Shown here piece after piece: positions 48,901 through 58,307 of a stretch of 64,000 nt of DNA. Position numbers and translations under genes: made by a program. This DNA is from an uncultured Clostridia bacterium (lineage in GTDB: Bacteria > Bacillota > Clostridia > Christensenellales > CAG-138), in contig CAKTYT010000005.1 of the NCBI GenBank assembly GCA_934633695.1, positions 6,865-70,864 of the forward strand, given 5' to 3'. The notes under the pieces were generated by a model. That model searched no databases. It was not told the DNA's origin and worked only from the letters and a program-made list of their open reading frames with translations. How positions within the stretch are numbered: position 1 is the first letter of the stretch; each line of letters opens with the position of its first letter.

Positions 48901-49447
48901 CATCAACAATGAGCTTTGCCAGAAACTCATCTTTCCCTACTGCATCGGCAAGTGCAAAACCGGTTGTTCCGCTGCGTCCATTCGCCTGTGAATGCTTCTC
49001 CGCTCGTAAATAGGCGTCCTCAAGCACTTCATCAAGTGCTTCTGCCCGGAGAAGTGCTGCCTCTGCCTCATCGGCAGTCCTGAAGGCAGGGTCAAGACCG
49101 GCAACGTGATAGTGCCTTCTCAGTACATTTCCGCAAAAACTATGTATGGTCGAAATATTCGCATGGTCCACATCGGCGGCAGCATCGGTGAGCTTTAAGC
49201 GTACGGCACCATCGGCTTGCTGCTCTGCAAGCTCCGTAAGACGCTTTTCAATTCGCTGCTTCATTTCGGCGGCAGCAGGATTGGTGAAGGTGACGACGAG
49301 AAGCTCGTTTACGGGAGTTCCTTCCGCAATTAACCTTGCAATGCGTTCTGTCATCACGGCAGTCTTTCCGGCCCCTGCGGCAGCAGAAACAAGCAAGTTG
49401 CCCTTCTCAAAAATTGCACGTTCCTGTTCAATCGTCCACTTTGGCAT
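45968..49447 (-). CDS. addA: ATP-dependent helicase/nuclease subunit A (AddA/RexA type)
   Basis: The 1159-aa ORF has a UvrD-type Walker A (AAGAGKT) and a C-terminal RecB-family nuclease motif (GIIDCCF...IIDYKT). Confidence 0.85.
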   Translation of the reverse strand: MPKWTIEQERAIFEKGNLLVSAAAGAGKTAVMTERIARLIAEGTPVNELLVVTFTNPAAAEMKQRIEKRLTELAEQQADGAVRLKLTDAAADVDHANISTIHSFCGNVLRRHYHVAGLDPAFRTADEAEAALLRAEALDEVLEDAYLRAEKHSQANGRSGTTGFALADAVGKDEFLAKLIVDVCNFIIARPNPLEWLKEAIGAYGESVDDFAEMASRLLVISAKRVLKSLYEEGNRLIDEISSLNDDKKYRSCLFADVEKLFALSKQSEYGVFHSVLSTFSLETLPRASKGQKVPDGLKEYRERVKKQIEKLKALFMLPLSEEKKVMQSLQPHMNELFELVRSFMETYSRKKVESSLIDFNDMEQLTLRMLENEEIAEEYRESFRYIFIDEYQDTNLVQEAIISTVSRGNNLFMVGDVKQSIYRFRQAEPENFLGKYRSYDGNLGTRIDLNANFRSTSSILNATNALFSKIMLGSVGEIDYSDNAALRAGGEAEIGFVELDLVDLSAEQRNSDDEDSSDAVEEYARAEAEAVIAGRRIRELLGSCEVYDKNLDRMRPLCYSDCAILMRKTREHALSWVNTLSAMGIPCAAELGDGYFEAIEVQVFINLLRIIDNRRQDIPLVSVLHSPIGGFTNEELVEVKSSYDGTDFVDRLLSMSIDASCQYPLLRDKVNAFLKRLFDWHRQSLLTGIEEFIGQLIDETFYRDYVGTLPGGNVRQANIDMLLTKAHAFESSGRRGLHAFISFMDGMRDNVPIGAASAAAFDAVRVMSIHKSKGLEFPVVFISGISGSFNKRNHSDPAVLDGDLGIGFRAKNLTSEQKSPILRRAIIAKSDEKLVAEEMRILYVAMTRARERLYLIGADKRMQKLISDCASQLSEHKIAESNCYLHWILGAFFPLGLNLDSAEKGLSVSIGGDDLTVNYYHAGKFGLSSTDKTAMSSEKYRAWTAKAKLLPYDEVKHALNFVYPYEKETLLPGKRSVTELLDRPFEYIPAVPTFMKGSHKLTGAEIGTAAHRILMLLPTCEHTPESVRNHILKFEQTGVLSHEEATAVNLNILLKYLNSDLYKRLLLSSKIERELEFTLADENFSLIQGIIDCCFLEGDEWVIIDYKTTHVGSKSPEEVASAYSVQIETYKNALEKLTGKRVKEKWIYLLGTGNAVLI

Positions 49448-49586
49448 AACGAATGCTCCTCTCGAAATGATAAATAAATTTTATATCATGTTCATTACTC
49501 CGTCAAGCGTGAGTTTTCCGGAAGGGCGAACTGTTTTTTCGTTCCGAGCATAATTTGCAGTAAGAATGCTGTAAACGGAGCGAATT

Positions 49587-49865
49587 ATGAAAAATAAGAA
49601 TGGTTTTGAAAATTTGAAGCGTTTGAGTGAAATGCCTGCCGGAGGGTCGGGAAAAGTGGAAAAAATTTTGCCGGAAAGCAAGATCCGTGCAAGATTGACG
49701 GAGCTTGGGTTTAATCACGGAGAAAGGGTGGAGTGTATAATGGTAAGCCCGCTGGGAGATCCGAGGGGGTATCTCGTTTGCAATGCGGTGGTTGCATTGC
49801 GTTGTGATGATGCAATGCATATCCTGTACATCGACGAGAAGGGAGATTGCGGAGATGAAGAATAA
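49587..49865 (+). CDS. feoA: Ferrous iron transport protein FeoA
   Basis: A 92-aa SH3-like FeoA pattern (G.V..I......RL.ELGF..G..V). Confidence 0.8.
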   Translation: MKNKNGFENLKRLSEMPAGGSGKVEKILPESKIRARLTELGFNHGERVECIMVSPLGDPRGYLVCNAVVALRCDDAMHILYIDEKGDCGDEE

Positions 49866-51843
49866 GAGAAAATTATTTATCGGACGGAGGCGGGAAAAAG
49901 GGGCGGTGTCTCTGGGTATGGCAGAAGGAGGAAAAGGCTGTGCGGCTCTCGCCGGCAATCCGAATGTCGGCAAAAGCACGGTCTTTAATGCACTGACGGG
50001 TATGCGTCAGCATACGGGAAATTGGTCGGGAAAGACAGTCAGCCTTGCGTACGGAGAAGTTGATTCTGCGAAGTTTTCGGATGACGAGGAGTTTTCCTTT
50101 ACCCTGGTGGATTTGCCGGGCTGCTTTTCTCTCAATCCCGTTTCGGAAGAAGAGGCGGTGTCAAGGAGCTTCCTGGTCAGCGAAGAACCTGCATGCGTCA
50201 TTGTTGTTGTCGATGCGACTTGCTTGAGGCGAAGTCTTGCTCTAGTGCCGGAAGTGCTTGAAATCAATGACCGGGTCGTGGTTGCATTGAATCTGATTGA
50301 TGAAGCCGAGAAATACGGCATGGAAATTGATTTCGAATTGTTGTCAAGCAGGCTGTCACTGCCCGTTGTTCCCTGTGCAGCGAAAAACGGGATGGGAATG
50401 GCTGCACTTCTCTCAGAAGTAAAAAAGCAGTTTGAGCGTAACGAATCGGTCGAAGAAAGTGAAACTGTTCGATTCATACGCAATGCCTGCCGAGAAGCGG
50501 AAAATGGTGATGAGCGTTTCATCGGGGAAAGAAGAGCAGAATTTTTCGGCAAGTTCTGCAAAGATATTCTTGACGGGGTGATAAAAGAGCAGTGCGAAAA
50601 GAAAAAACAGGGTTTGTCCGGAGCCTCTGCTTCAGGGGGGCGTTATGATAAGCTTTTGACAGGAAAATACACTGCTTTTCCGATAATGTTCATACTGCTG
50701 ATGGGGATATTCTTCATTACCCTTGAAGGAGCGAATTACCCTTCCGATTTGCTCGCAAGTGGTTTTGATAAGGTCGAAATTTTGCTTAAAAAGCTGTTTG
50801 AGCGTATCGGCGTGAATGCATTTGTCACTGATCTTGCACTTTCGGGCGTTTTTAGGACGCTCGGAAGGGTTGTATCCGTCATGCTCCCGCCGATGGCAAT
50901 TTTTTTCCCGCTCTTTACTATTGCTGAGGATCTTGGTTATCTTCCGAGGGTTGCGTTCAATCTTGACAGGTGCTTTAAAGCCTGCAATGCTTGCGGCAAA
51001 CAGGCTTTGACGATGTGTATGGGCTTTGGCTGCAATGCCGTGGGAGTCATGGGATGCAGGATAATTTCAAGCCCGTGCGAAAGATTAATTGCAATCTTGA
51101 CAAATTGCTTTGTACCATGCAATGGAAGATTCCCAATGCTCATTGCGGTGATTGCGATGTTCATTGCAGGAACAGGCGTGCTTTCAGGTGTTTTTGCTTC
51201 GGGTGTATTGGCACTTACAATCGTTTTTTCCGTTATAATGACTTTGGCAGCTTCAAAATTGCTTGCCTCAACCGTGTTGAAAAATGAGAAATCTTCATTT
51301 ACTCTTGAGCTTCCGCCATACCGAATGCCGAAAGTCGGGCAGGTAATTGTCAGGAGTGTATTTGACAGAACTCTTCGAGTGCTGTCAAGAGCGGTAATGG
51401 TTGCAGCCCCCGCCGGGCTTGTCATTTTTTTGCTCGCAAATATTTCTGCGGGCGGTGCAAGCCTTCTGACGCATATCTGTTCTTTCATCGACCCTGCCGC
51501 AAGGCTGGTGGGGCTTGACGGCGTAATAATTATGTCTTTTATACTGGCTTTCCCCGCAAATGAGTTAGTGCTCCCGATTATGCTGATCGCATATACCTCT
51601 TCGGGAGGCATTGGTTCCGCCGTATCGCTTGACGCAATGCGTCAGATTTTGATCAATAATGGCTGGACGGTGAAGACAGCAGTGTGCTTTATCATTTTCG
51701 CCCTCATGCACTGGCCTTGCAGCACAACCTTTCTCACTATCAAACGGGAAACCGGCAGCGGAAAATGGGCTCTGTTCTCCATGCTTCTTCCGACGATTTT
51801 TGGCATTGTGCTGTGCATGGCGGTGAATCTGCTGTTTGCATAG
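49855..51843 (+). CDS. feoB: Ferrous iron transporter FeoB
   Basis: A G-domain (GNPNVGKST) plus a polytopic membrane domain. The ATG at 49855 overlaps the feoA end. A later Met at 49918 is also possible. Confidence 0.88.
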   Translation: MKNKRKLFIGRRREKGAVSLGMAEGGKGCAALAGNPNVGKSTVFNALTGMRQHTGNWSGKTVSLAYGEVDSAKFSDDEEFSFTLVDLPGCFSLNPVSEEEAVSRSFLVSEEPACVIVVVDATCLRRSLALVPEVLEINDRVVVALNLIDEAEKYGMEIDFELLSSRLSLPVVPCAAKNGMGMAALLSEVKKQFERNESVEESETVRFIRNACREAENGDERFIGERRAEFFGKFCKDILDGVIKEQCEKKKQGLSGASASGGRYDKLLTGKYTAFPIMFILLMGIFFITLEGANYPSDLLASGFDKVEILLKKLFERIGVNAFVTDLALSGVFRTLGRVVSVMLPPMAIFFPLFTIAEDLGYLPRVAFNLDRCFKACNACGKQALTMCMGFGCNAVGVMGCRIISSPCERLIAILTNCFVPCNGRFPMLIAVIAMFIAGTGVLSGVFASGVLALTIVFSVIMTLAASKLLASTVLKNEKSSFTLELPPYRMPKVGQVIVRSVFDRTLRVLSRAVMVAAPAGLVIFLLANISAGGASLLTHICSFIDPAARLVGLDGVIIMSFILAFPANELVLPIMLIAYTSSGGIGSAVSLDAMRQILINNGWTVKTAVCFIIFALMHWPCSTTFLTIKRETGSGKWALFSMLLPTIFGIVLCMAVNLLFA

Positions 51844-51873
51844 CTGTGCAAAGTAAATACAAACATATATGAT

Positions 51874-51902
51874 CCTGTCGACTGAGTTCGACAGGGTTTT
51901 AT
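51874..51902 (+). terminator. Rho-independent terminator after feoB
   Basis: CCTGTCGA-loop-TCGACAGG followed by GTTTTA. Confidence 0.65.
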
Positions 51903-51930
51903 CTTTCGAAAACTCTAGCCGGCACGGCAG

Positions 51931-51959
51931 TTGACAGCATTCGATATTTCTGTTATTAT
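51931..51959 (+). promoter_or_regulatory. Sigma-A promoter of the ABC exporter operon
   Basis: TTGACA, 17 nt, TATTAT. Confidence 0.6.
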
Positions 51960-52006
51960 TTGGACAAAAGCTGAGAAACGGGGAAAACTGGAAACGGATC
52001 AGATCT

Positions 52007-53722
52007 ATGAAAATGCTGTTGGATTACATTAAACCGCATAAATGGCCTATGCTGTTGGGGCTGATGCTGAAATTTTTTGCGGCAATGCTCGATTTGATGA
52101 TACCATATTTGCTTGAAACCATACTCGATAAGGCTGCTCCGACCGGTGAAATTCGCCGGGTTGTTTTTTGGGGCGGAGTTATGGTCGTTTGTGCAATCGC
52201 TTCAATAACCATAAACGTGACTGCGAACAGGATGGCGACTTTTAATTCGGGAAAGGTCACGAGACGGCTCCGCCACGACCTGTTCTCAAGAGTATCGTAT
52301 CTTTCCGCAAAACAGACGGATGAGTTCACTGTGCCCTCTCTTATTTCAAGATTGACAACGGACAGCTATAACGTAAATGATATGCTGGTGCGTGTACAGA
52401 GAATAGGGGTAAGAAGTCCTTTCCTGCTGATTGGCGGGATTGTCATGACCATGACGCTTGATCCCGTATTGACTCTTGTACTTACGGCCATGCTGCCTAT
52501 AATCGCAATAGTCGTTTTTTTTGTGACGAAATACAGCGTGCCCGTGTATACGGAATGCCAAAGGATACTTGACAGACTCGTTCGCATTGTTCAGGAGAAT
52601 GCAACGGGTATAAGGGTCATAAAAGCCCTCTCAAAGTCGGAACACGAAAGAAAAAAGTTTGGCGAGGTCAATTCACATCTTGCAGATGAGGATAAAAAAG
52701 TCGGTGCGATAATGGCAATAACAAACCCGGTCGCAACGGTCGTACTCAATCTCGGATTGACACTCGTCGTTATTGTCGGGGCAAGACGTGTCAATTCCGG
52801 TTTGACGGAGCCCGGCACTATAATCGCTTTTTTGAGTTATTTTACGATTATTCTCAATGCCATGCTCGGCATAACAAGGGTCTTTGTTGTATGCTCAAAG
52901 GGTGTTGCAAGTGCAAAGCGAATTGAGGTTGTCCTCAATACTACGGAAGATATGCCCGTTATTTCGTCCGATATAACGGAAGACGTGACCGCTCCAATGA
53001 TTGAGATGGAACATGTCTCATTCTCGTACAATAAGGTTGAAGATAATGTAACGGATATTGATTTTAAACTCATGCGTGGTCAGACACTCGGCATTATCGG
53101 GGCAACCGGAAGCGGGAAGACAACCATTATTAATTTGCTCATACGTTTCTATGACCCGGACAGAGGAGTGATTCGCATAAACGGAAGGGAAATAAGGTCG
53201 ATGGAGCGGAGCGAGCTTTGTTCGAAATTTGGCATTGCCTTCCAAAACGATTTTATCATGGCAAACAGCATTGCCGCAAACATCGATTTCGGAAGAAATC
53301 TCACAAGAGAGCAGATCAACCGAGCTATTGTGCTTGCCCAGGCGGAAAACGTGGTCAGCGGTCTCAAAGAGGGGATTGACTACGATTTAACTGCAAGGGG
53401 TACCAATATAAGCGGAGGGCAAAAGCAGAGGGTCATCATCGCAAGAGCAGTTGCAAGTCAACCGGAAATACTTGTGCTTGACGATTCTTCAAGTGCATTG
53501 GACTATAAGACCGATGCAAAGCTCCGACGGGCACTCCACGACGGACTTCCCGGCACGACTACGATCATTGTAGCTCAGAGGATAAGTTCGATAATGAATG
53601 CTGACCTCATACTCGTGCTTGACGAGGGCAGGATAATCGGAAGGGGAAAGCATAAGGACTTGATAGAAACCTGTGATGAGTATAAGCTTATTGCAGAGAC
53701 CCAGATGGGGGGTGCAGTGTAA
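52007..53722 (+). CDS. ABC exporter, fused permease/ATPase (heterodimer half 1)
   Basis: The 571-aa ORF has six TM segments, Walker A GATGSGKTT, the signature ISGGQKQR and Walker B ILVLDD. Confidence 0.85.
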   Translation: MKMLLDYIKPHKWPMLLGLMLKFFAAMLDLMIPYLLETILDKAAPTGEIRRVVFWGGVMVVCAIASITINVTANRMATFNSGKVTRRLRHDLFSRVSYLSAKQTDEFTVPSLISRLTTDSYNVNDMLVRVQRIGVRSPFLLIGGIVMTMTLDPVLTLVLTAMLPIIAIVVFFVTKYSVPVYTECQRILDRLVRIVQENATGIRVIKALSKSEHERKKFGEVNSHLADEDKKVGAIMAITNPVATVVLNLGLTLVVIVGARRVNSGLTEPGTIIAFLSYFTIILNAMLGITRVFVVCSKGVASAKRIEVVLNTTEDMPVISSDITEDVTAPMIEMEHVSFSYNKVEDNVTDIDFKLMRGQTLGIIGATGSGKTTIINLLIRFYDPDRGVIRINGREIRSMERSELCSKFGIAFQNDFIMANSIAANIDFGRNLTREQINRAIVLAQAENVVSGLKEGIDYDLTARGTNISGGQKQRVIIARAVASQPEILVLDDSSSALDYKTDAKLRRALHDGLPGTTTIIVAQRISSIMNADLILVLDEGRIIGRGKHKDLIETCDEYKLIAETQMGGAV

Positions 53723-55534
53723 ATGCCGAAATTAACGAGCATGGGACCAATCTCTCCTTCCGAGGCGAAACGCACCGATATGGGCAAAAAAGCCGATAAG
53801 GGTTATATTTTCAAGAGACTTTTCAAGTATCTCGGCCGGCATAAGCTTCTCATTGCCGTGTGCATAGTGCTCGTCATTGTCGGCAATGTCATTGCTCTCC
53901 TGGGACCGAGCCTGTCCGGAAAGGCGATAGATGCGATCGGGAGAAAAGCAGGTGAGGCCGATTTCGGGCTGGTAGGCAAATACACATCGTTGATGATAGT
54001 TTTTTATATTGTCAGCGGTGTAATGAACTATGTTCTCTCGATATTGTTGATTAAACTGTCACGCAATGTTGTCTTCCAGATGCGGCGTGATGTTTTCAAC
54101 AAGCTCACAACACTTCCGGTCGGCTTTTTCGACAGGCGGCAGACGGGAGATATCATAAGCGTAATATCCTACGACATCGACACAGTAAATGCATCACTTT
54201 CAAATGATTTGATCCAAATTGTGCGAAGTGCGATAACCGTTGTGGGCTCATTCATCATGATGCTGAGAATTAAACCGGTTTTGGTATTGATTTTTGCGGT
54301 GACGGTGCCGGCATCGATCGTTTCTTCAAGGTATATAACCAAATTCGTGCGTCCCCTGTTCCGCAAACGCAGCAGAAAGCTGGGCGAGCTCAACGGTTAC
54401 GCTGAGGAAATGATTGATGGGCAGAAAGTCACGAGGGCATACAATCGCGAAGCGAAGGTAATTGAGGGGTTCGACGCTAAAAACGATGAGGCGGTCGAAG
54501 CGTATACAAGGGCTGAATACTACGGAACTCTCATGGGTCCGTCTGTCAACTTTATCAACAACATATCGCTGACCCTTGTAAGTGTTTTCGGTGCAATAAT
54601 GTACATACGCGGCGGAATAGGTCTTGGAGATATTTCCTCTTTTGTGCTTTATTCAAGAAAGTTTTCAGGTCCAATTAACGAAATTGCAAATATCTTCAGC
54701 GAACTTCAGTCGGCATTTGCTGCAGCGGAGAGGGTTTTCAGGCTTATTGATGAAGAATCCGAGCCGCAGGATGCAAAGGATGCACAGTTGCTTGAGGATG
54801 TTAGAGGCGACGTTGATATTAAAGACGTGACATTTGGCTATGTGCCTGAAAGAACGATTATCAGAAACTTTAATTTGAATGCAGAAAGTGGAAGTTTGAT
54901 TGCGATAGTAGGCCCCACCGGTGCGGGAAAAACCACGATAATTAACCTGCTTATGCGGTTTTATGACGTGAATTCCGGTGAGATTGATGTGGATGGAAGA
55001 AGCATTTATTCCCTGACAAGGGATAGCTTAAGGCGTGCATACACCATGGTGCTGCAGGAAACGTGGTTGTTCCACGGCACGATATTTGAGAATATAGCCT
55101 ATGCAAAAGAAGATGCGACAATGGAGGAGGTCGTTGCCGCCGCAAAGGCCGCAAGGATACACAACTACATTATGAGACTTCCCGATGGCTACAATACCGT
55201 TTTGAGTGATAACGGAACGAGCATATCGAAGGGTCAGAAACAGCTGATGACGATCGCAAGGGCAATGCTGATAAATTCGCATATGCTCATCCTTGATGAA
55301 GCAACGAGCAATGTTGATACGAGAACAGAAATGGCGATTCAATCTGCGATGCGAGACTTGATGAAGGACAAGACCTGTTTTGTTATTGCACACAGGCTCT
55401 CGACAATAAAGAATGCCGATATGATACTCGTTGTCAACAACGGTGAGATTGTCGAAAAGGGCAGGCACGAGGAATTGCTTAGACTGAATGGCTTTTATTC
55501 CGAACTTTATTATTCACAATTTGAAGTGTATTAG
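53723..55534 (+). CDS. ABC exporter, fused permease/ATPase (heterodimer half 2)
   Basis: The 603-aa ORF has GPTGAGKTT, ISKGQKQL and LILDEA. Its ATG directly abuts the upstream TAA. An alternative start is at 53780. Confidence 0.85.
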   Translation: MPKLTSMGPISPSEAKRTDMGKKADKGYIFKRLFKYLGRHKLLIAVCIVLVIVGNVIALLGPSLSGKAIDAIGRKAGEADFGLVGKYTSLMIVFYIVSGVMNYVLSILLIKLSRNVVFQMRRDVFNKLTTLPVGFFDRRQTGDIISVISYDIDTVNASLSNDLIQIVRSAITVVGSFIMMLRIKPVLVLIFAVTVPASIVSSRYITKFVRPLFRKRSRKLGELNGYAEEMIDGQKVTRAYNREAKVIEGFDAKNDEAVEAYTRAEYYGTLMGPSVNFINNISLTLVSVFGAIMYIRGGIGLGDISSFVLYSRKFSGPINEIANIFSELQSAFAAAERVFRLIDEESEPQDAKDAQLLEDVRGDVDIKDVTFGYVPERTIIRNFNLNAESGSLIAIVGPTGAGKTTIINLLMRFYDVNSGEIDVDGRSIYSLTRDSLRRAYTMVLQETWLFHGTIFENIAYAKEDATMEEVVAAAKAARIHNYIMRLPDGYNTVLSDNGTSISKGQKQLMTIARAMLINSHMLILDEATSNVDTRTEMAIQSAMRDLMKDKTCFVIAHRLSTIKNADMILVVNNGEIVEKGRHEELLRLNGFYSELYYSQFEVY

Positions 55535-55535
55535 A

Positions 55536-55578
55536 AAATCCTCCCGTATCTACGCAAAACAGATACGGGAGTTTGTTT
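55536..55578. terminator. Bidirectional terminator
   Basis: CTCCCGTATCT-loop-AGATACGGGAG followed by TTTGTTT. Confidence 0.75.
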
Positions 55579-55582
55579 AACA

Positions 55583-56185
55583 CTATTCAATCTCAATGCT
55601 GCCGCCGTTCTCCAGCGAGCAGTTTTCAAGCAGCAGGAGCTTCTCTGCAAGCAGCCTTGAAAAACCGCTGATAATTGCGGAGGTTGCGATAAGCTCGCTC
55701 GTATTGTGTACCGAAAACTCAGAAACATCATCATGATTGAGCAGTTCCGCTGCGAGTGTTCGTATTTGACGAACGAAGAAACTCGAAGAAACTCGGTGAG
55801 TCTCGGCGTACTGTTCATAAATTTCACGGATCTGCTCTTCAGCTATGCCCATGGGGATAATTTTCTGTATCATTGCGATTGAAAGACTCTGCTTTAACGT
55901 GCAAATGACTATGAGATAAGCAATGTGGATCCTGTAATATTTTTTTCTGCACGGGCCGGGCATGACATTCGTGCGGACATAGTTATTGATCGCAGAAGCA
56001 GTCACAACCTGTTCTTCTTTAAGCTCGGGGGGCATATAGTCGATGTATTGCTTGAGAAGCTGTACGACCTGCTCCATATAAAGCCCAAAGTCGGGAATCG
56101 ATTCCCAATCGGGCAGGTTGAACCTGTTAAGATATTTTTCCCATCGGCGAAGTTTTCCGGCGATGAGGACCTCATCATAATTCAT
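55583..56185 (-). CDS. DUF1836 domain protein
   Basis: The 200-aa ORF has an N-terminus (...LPDWESIPDFGLYMEQVVQLL...) typical of DUF1836. It is divergent from a DegV gene. Confidence 0.65.
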   Translation of the reverse strand: MNYDEVLIAGKLRRWEKYLNRFNLPDWESIPDFGLYMEQVVQLLKQYIDYMPPELKEEQVVTASAINNYVRTNVMPGPCRKKYYRIHIAYLIVICTLKQSLSIAMIQKIIPMGIAEEQIREIYEQYAETHRVSSSFFVRQIRTLAAELLNHDDVSEFSVHNTSELIATSAIISGFSRLLAEKLLLLENCSLENGGSIEIE

Positions 56186-56341
56186 TTAACGATGTCTCCT
56201 TTTTGATTGAATGCGACACTCACACAATTATAGCATACTGTTGCGAAAAAATCAATGAATCTTGTTAAGATAAGCTGTTGACATGCTTAGATATATGTGG
56301 TAATCTAATATTGAACATTAAGTTGCGGAAAGGAGAAAATT

Positions 56342-57220
56342 ATGTTTGAAATTGTGACTGACAGTGCAGCTAATCTCGAATATGATTTTGCAAAGCGGAA
56401 TAATATAACCGTTATCCCGTTCCCCTACTTTATCGATGGTGAGGAGTATGACTGTGTTGACCCCGAGGCCTTCGATGCACAGGAGTATTACGAATGCCTC
56501 AAACAGGGAAAAATCGTTACGACTTCTCAAATCACACCCCAGCGATACGTTGAAAAAATCGGACCTATTTTAAGTACTGGGAGGGATGTGCTGTTTGTTG
56601 GGCTTTCCTCCTCCGTCAGCGGCTCCGTTTCTTCAGCGATGATTGCATCAAAACAGCTTAAAGAACAGTATCCGGACAGAAGGATGGTCGTGGTCGATTC
56701 AATAGGTGCTTCCTTAGGAGAGGGTTTTTTGCCCATGAAGGCGGCAGAACTCAAGCGGGAAGGGATGGATATTGATTATGTCGCCGGGTATCTGAATGAA
56801 ATGAAAGAACGCATTTGTCAGATTTTTACCGTTGACGACCTTAAGCACCTCAGAAGGACCGGCAGACTTTCAAAGCTTGAAACGCTTATCGGTTCGGTAC
56901 TGCATATAAAACCCATCCTTAAGGGGGATGATAAGGGCAGGATAGTCTGCTTTGCAAAGGTTCGCGGACGCAATAGATCCATTAAGGAGCTTGCGGAAAG
57001 ATGCTGTTCTCTCATTGAAAATCCGGAAGAGCAGGTTATCGGTATTTCCCATGCATGCTGTAAGGACGATGCCGAACTGCTTAAAAAACTTATAAGCGAA
57101 AAGATAACGCCAAAGGGCTTTCTGACCGTGACGCATGAACCAGCAACGGGTTCACACGTTGGCCCGGGAATGCTTGCGGTCTATTTTCTCGGTGATATAA
57201 ATTTCAGAGCCGGGGCGTAA
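56342..57220 (+). CDS. DegV family (FakB-like) fatty-acid-binding protein, paralog 2
   Basis: The 292-aa ORF starts MFEIVTDSAANL... and contains TSQ. Confidence 0.85.
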   Translation: MFEIVTDSAANLEYDFAKRNNITVIPFPYFIDGEEYDCVDPEAFDAQEYYECLKQGKIVTTSQITPQRYVEKIGPILSTGRDVLFVGLSSSVSGSVSSAMIASKQLKEQYPDRRMVVVDSIGASLGEGFLPMKAAELKREGMDIDYVAGYLNEMKERICQIFTVDDLKHLRRTGRLSKLETLIGSVLHIKPILKGDDKGRIVCFAKVRGRNRSIKELAERCCSLIENPEEQVIGISHACCKDDAELLKKLISEKITPKGFLTVTHEPATGSHVGPGMLAVYFLGDINFRAGA

Positions 57221-57296
57221 ACGAAATGCGGATAAAATACAGTTTATCCGAATCGACTATATGTGAGATGTTTTAGCCGTGAAAGGAAGTATGAAA

Positions 57297-58190
57297 ATGG
57301 AAAGAAAATTTCGGATATCCTGTGAATCAACTGTCGATCTCCCCTACTCCTATATGGAGAGCAGAGATATACCGGTACTGTTTTATTCCTATACCATAGA
57401 GGGGAAAGAGTATGAGGATGATATGGGAAGGAATAAAACGGCACCTGCTGCGTTCTATGAGCGGATCGAGGCCGGACAAATACCGAAGACATCGCAGCTC
57501 AACACATTTGCTTACTGCGAATTTTTTGAAAAAATGCTTGAAGGCGGTGATTGTCTTCACATTGTTTTCGGTTCGGGAATGACAACATCGATAAACAACG
57601 CAATTGAAGCCGCCGAAATTGTCCGGAAGAAATATCCGGAGAATAAACTCGTTGTTGTTGACTCGACTTGCAGTTCCTCCGGGTATGGTCTGCTCGTAGA
57701 TGCGGCAGCGGACCTTAGGGACGAAGGAAAATCGATGGAAGATGTCGAAAAGTGGCTGATCGCAAACAGGACGCATGTTCACCATCAGTTCTATTCAACC
57801 GATCTAAAATATTACCGAAGGAGCGGAAGAATATCAGGTGCTGCCGCAGCAGTCGGTGCAGTACTTAACCTGTGTCCGCTTATGCGGTTGAATCGTGCGG
57901 GCAAAATCGTCGCCTATTCAAAAGTGCGCGGTAAGAAAGCGGCGGTAAAGGAAACAGTCTCCGAGATGCTTGCTCACGCAGACGGCGGAGCGGAGTATTC
58001 CGGAAAATGCTTTATATGCCATTCAAACTGCATTTCCGATGCGGAAAAGACAAAAGATGCAATTGAAAAAGCTTTCCCGAACCTTTGCGGCAAAATAAGG
58101 ATCTGCGATATCGGCATGATAATTGCCTCACACTGCGGACCCGATACGGTTGCGGCGTTCTTCATGGGTGACGAACGCCCCGAGTGCTGA
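57297..58190 (+). CDS. DegV family (FakB-like) fatty-acid-binding protein, paralog 3
   Basis: The translation MERKFRISCESTVDLPYS... resembles paralog 1 (LSCCSTADLS). The ATG at 57297 has the best SD spacing. Confidence 0.8.
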   Translation: MERKFRISCESTVDLPYSYMESRDIPVLFYSYTIEGKEYEDDMGRNKTAPAAFYERIEAGQIPKTSQLNTFAYCEFFEKMLEGGDCLHIVFGSGMTTSINNAIEAAEIVRKKYPENKLVVVDSTCSSSGYGLLVDAAADLRDEGKSMEDVEKWLIANRTHVHHQFYSTDLKYYRRSGRISGAAAAVGAVLNLCPLMRLNRAGKIVAYSKVRGKKAAVKETVSEMLAHADGGAEYSGKCFICHSNCISDAEKTKDAIEKAFPNLCGKIRICDIGMIIASHCGPDTVAAFFMGDERPEC

Positions 58191-58256
58191 CATCCGTGTA
58201 AAGACATCTCCGGCATGGACTGCTCATCTTATCGGAAAAATTTGGCAAAAAAGAAA

Positions 58257-58297
58257 AGTCTCCGTATAATTCCTATGGAACATACGGGGACTTTTGA
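58257..58297. terminator. Terminator hairpin between convergent genes
   Basis: AGTCTCCGTAT-loop-ATACGGGGACT followed by T4. Confidence 0.7.
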
Positions 58298-58307
58298 TTA
58301 AGTTTTC

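Noticed and set aside
55776-55795. A tandem direct repeat GAAGAAACTC x2 inside the DUF1836 gene.
   Set aside because: It has only two copies and the reading frame is intact. It is too short to be a meaningful repeat or phase-variation tract.
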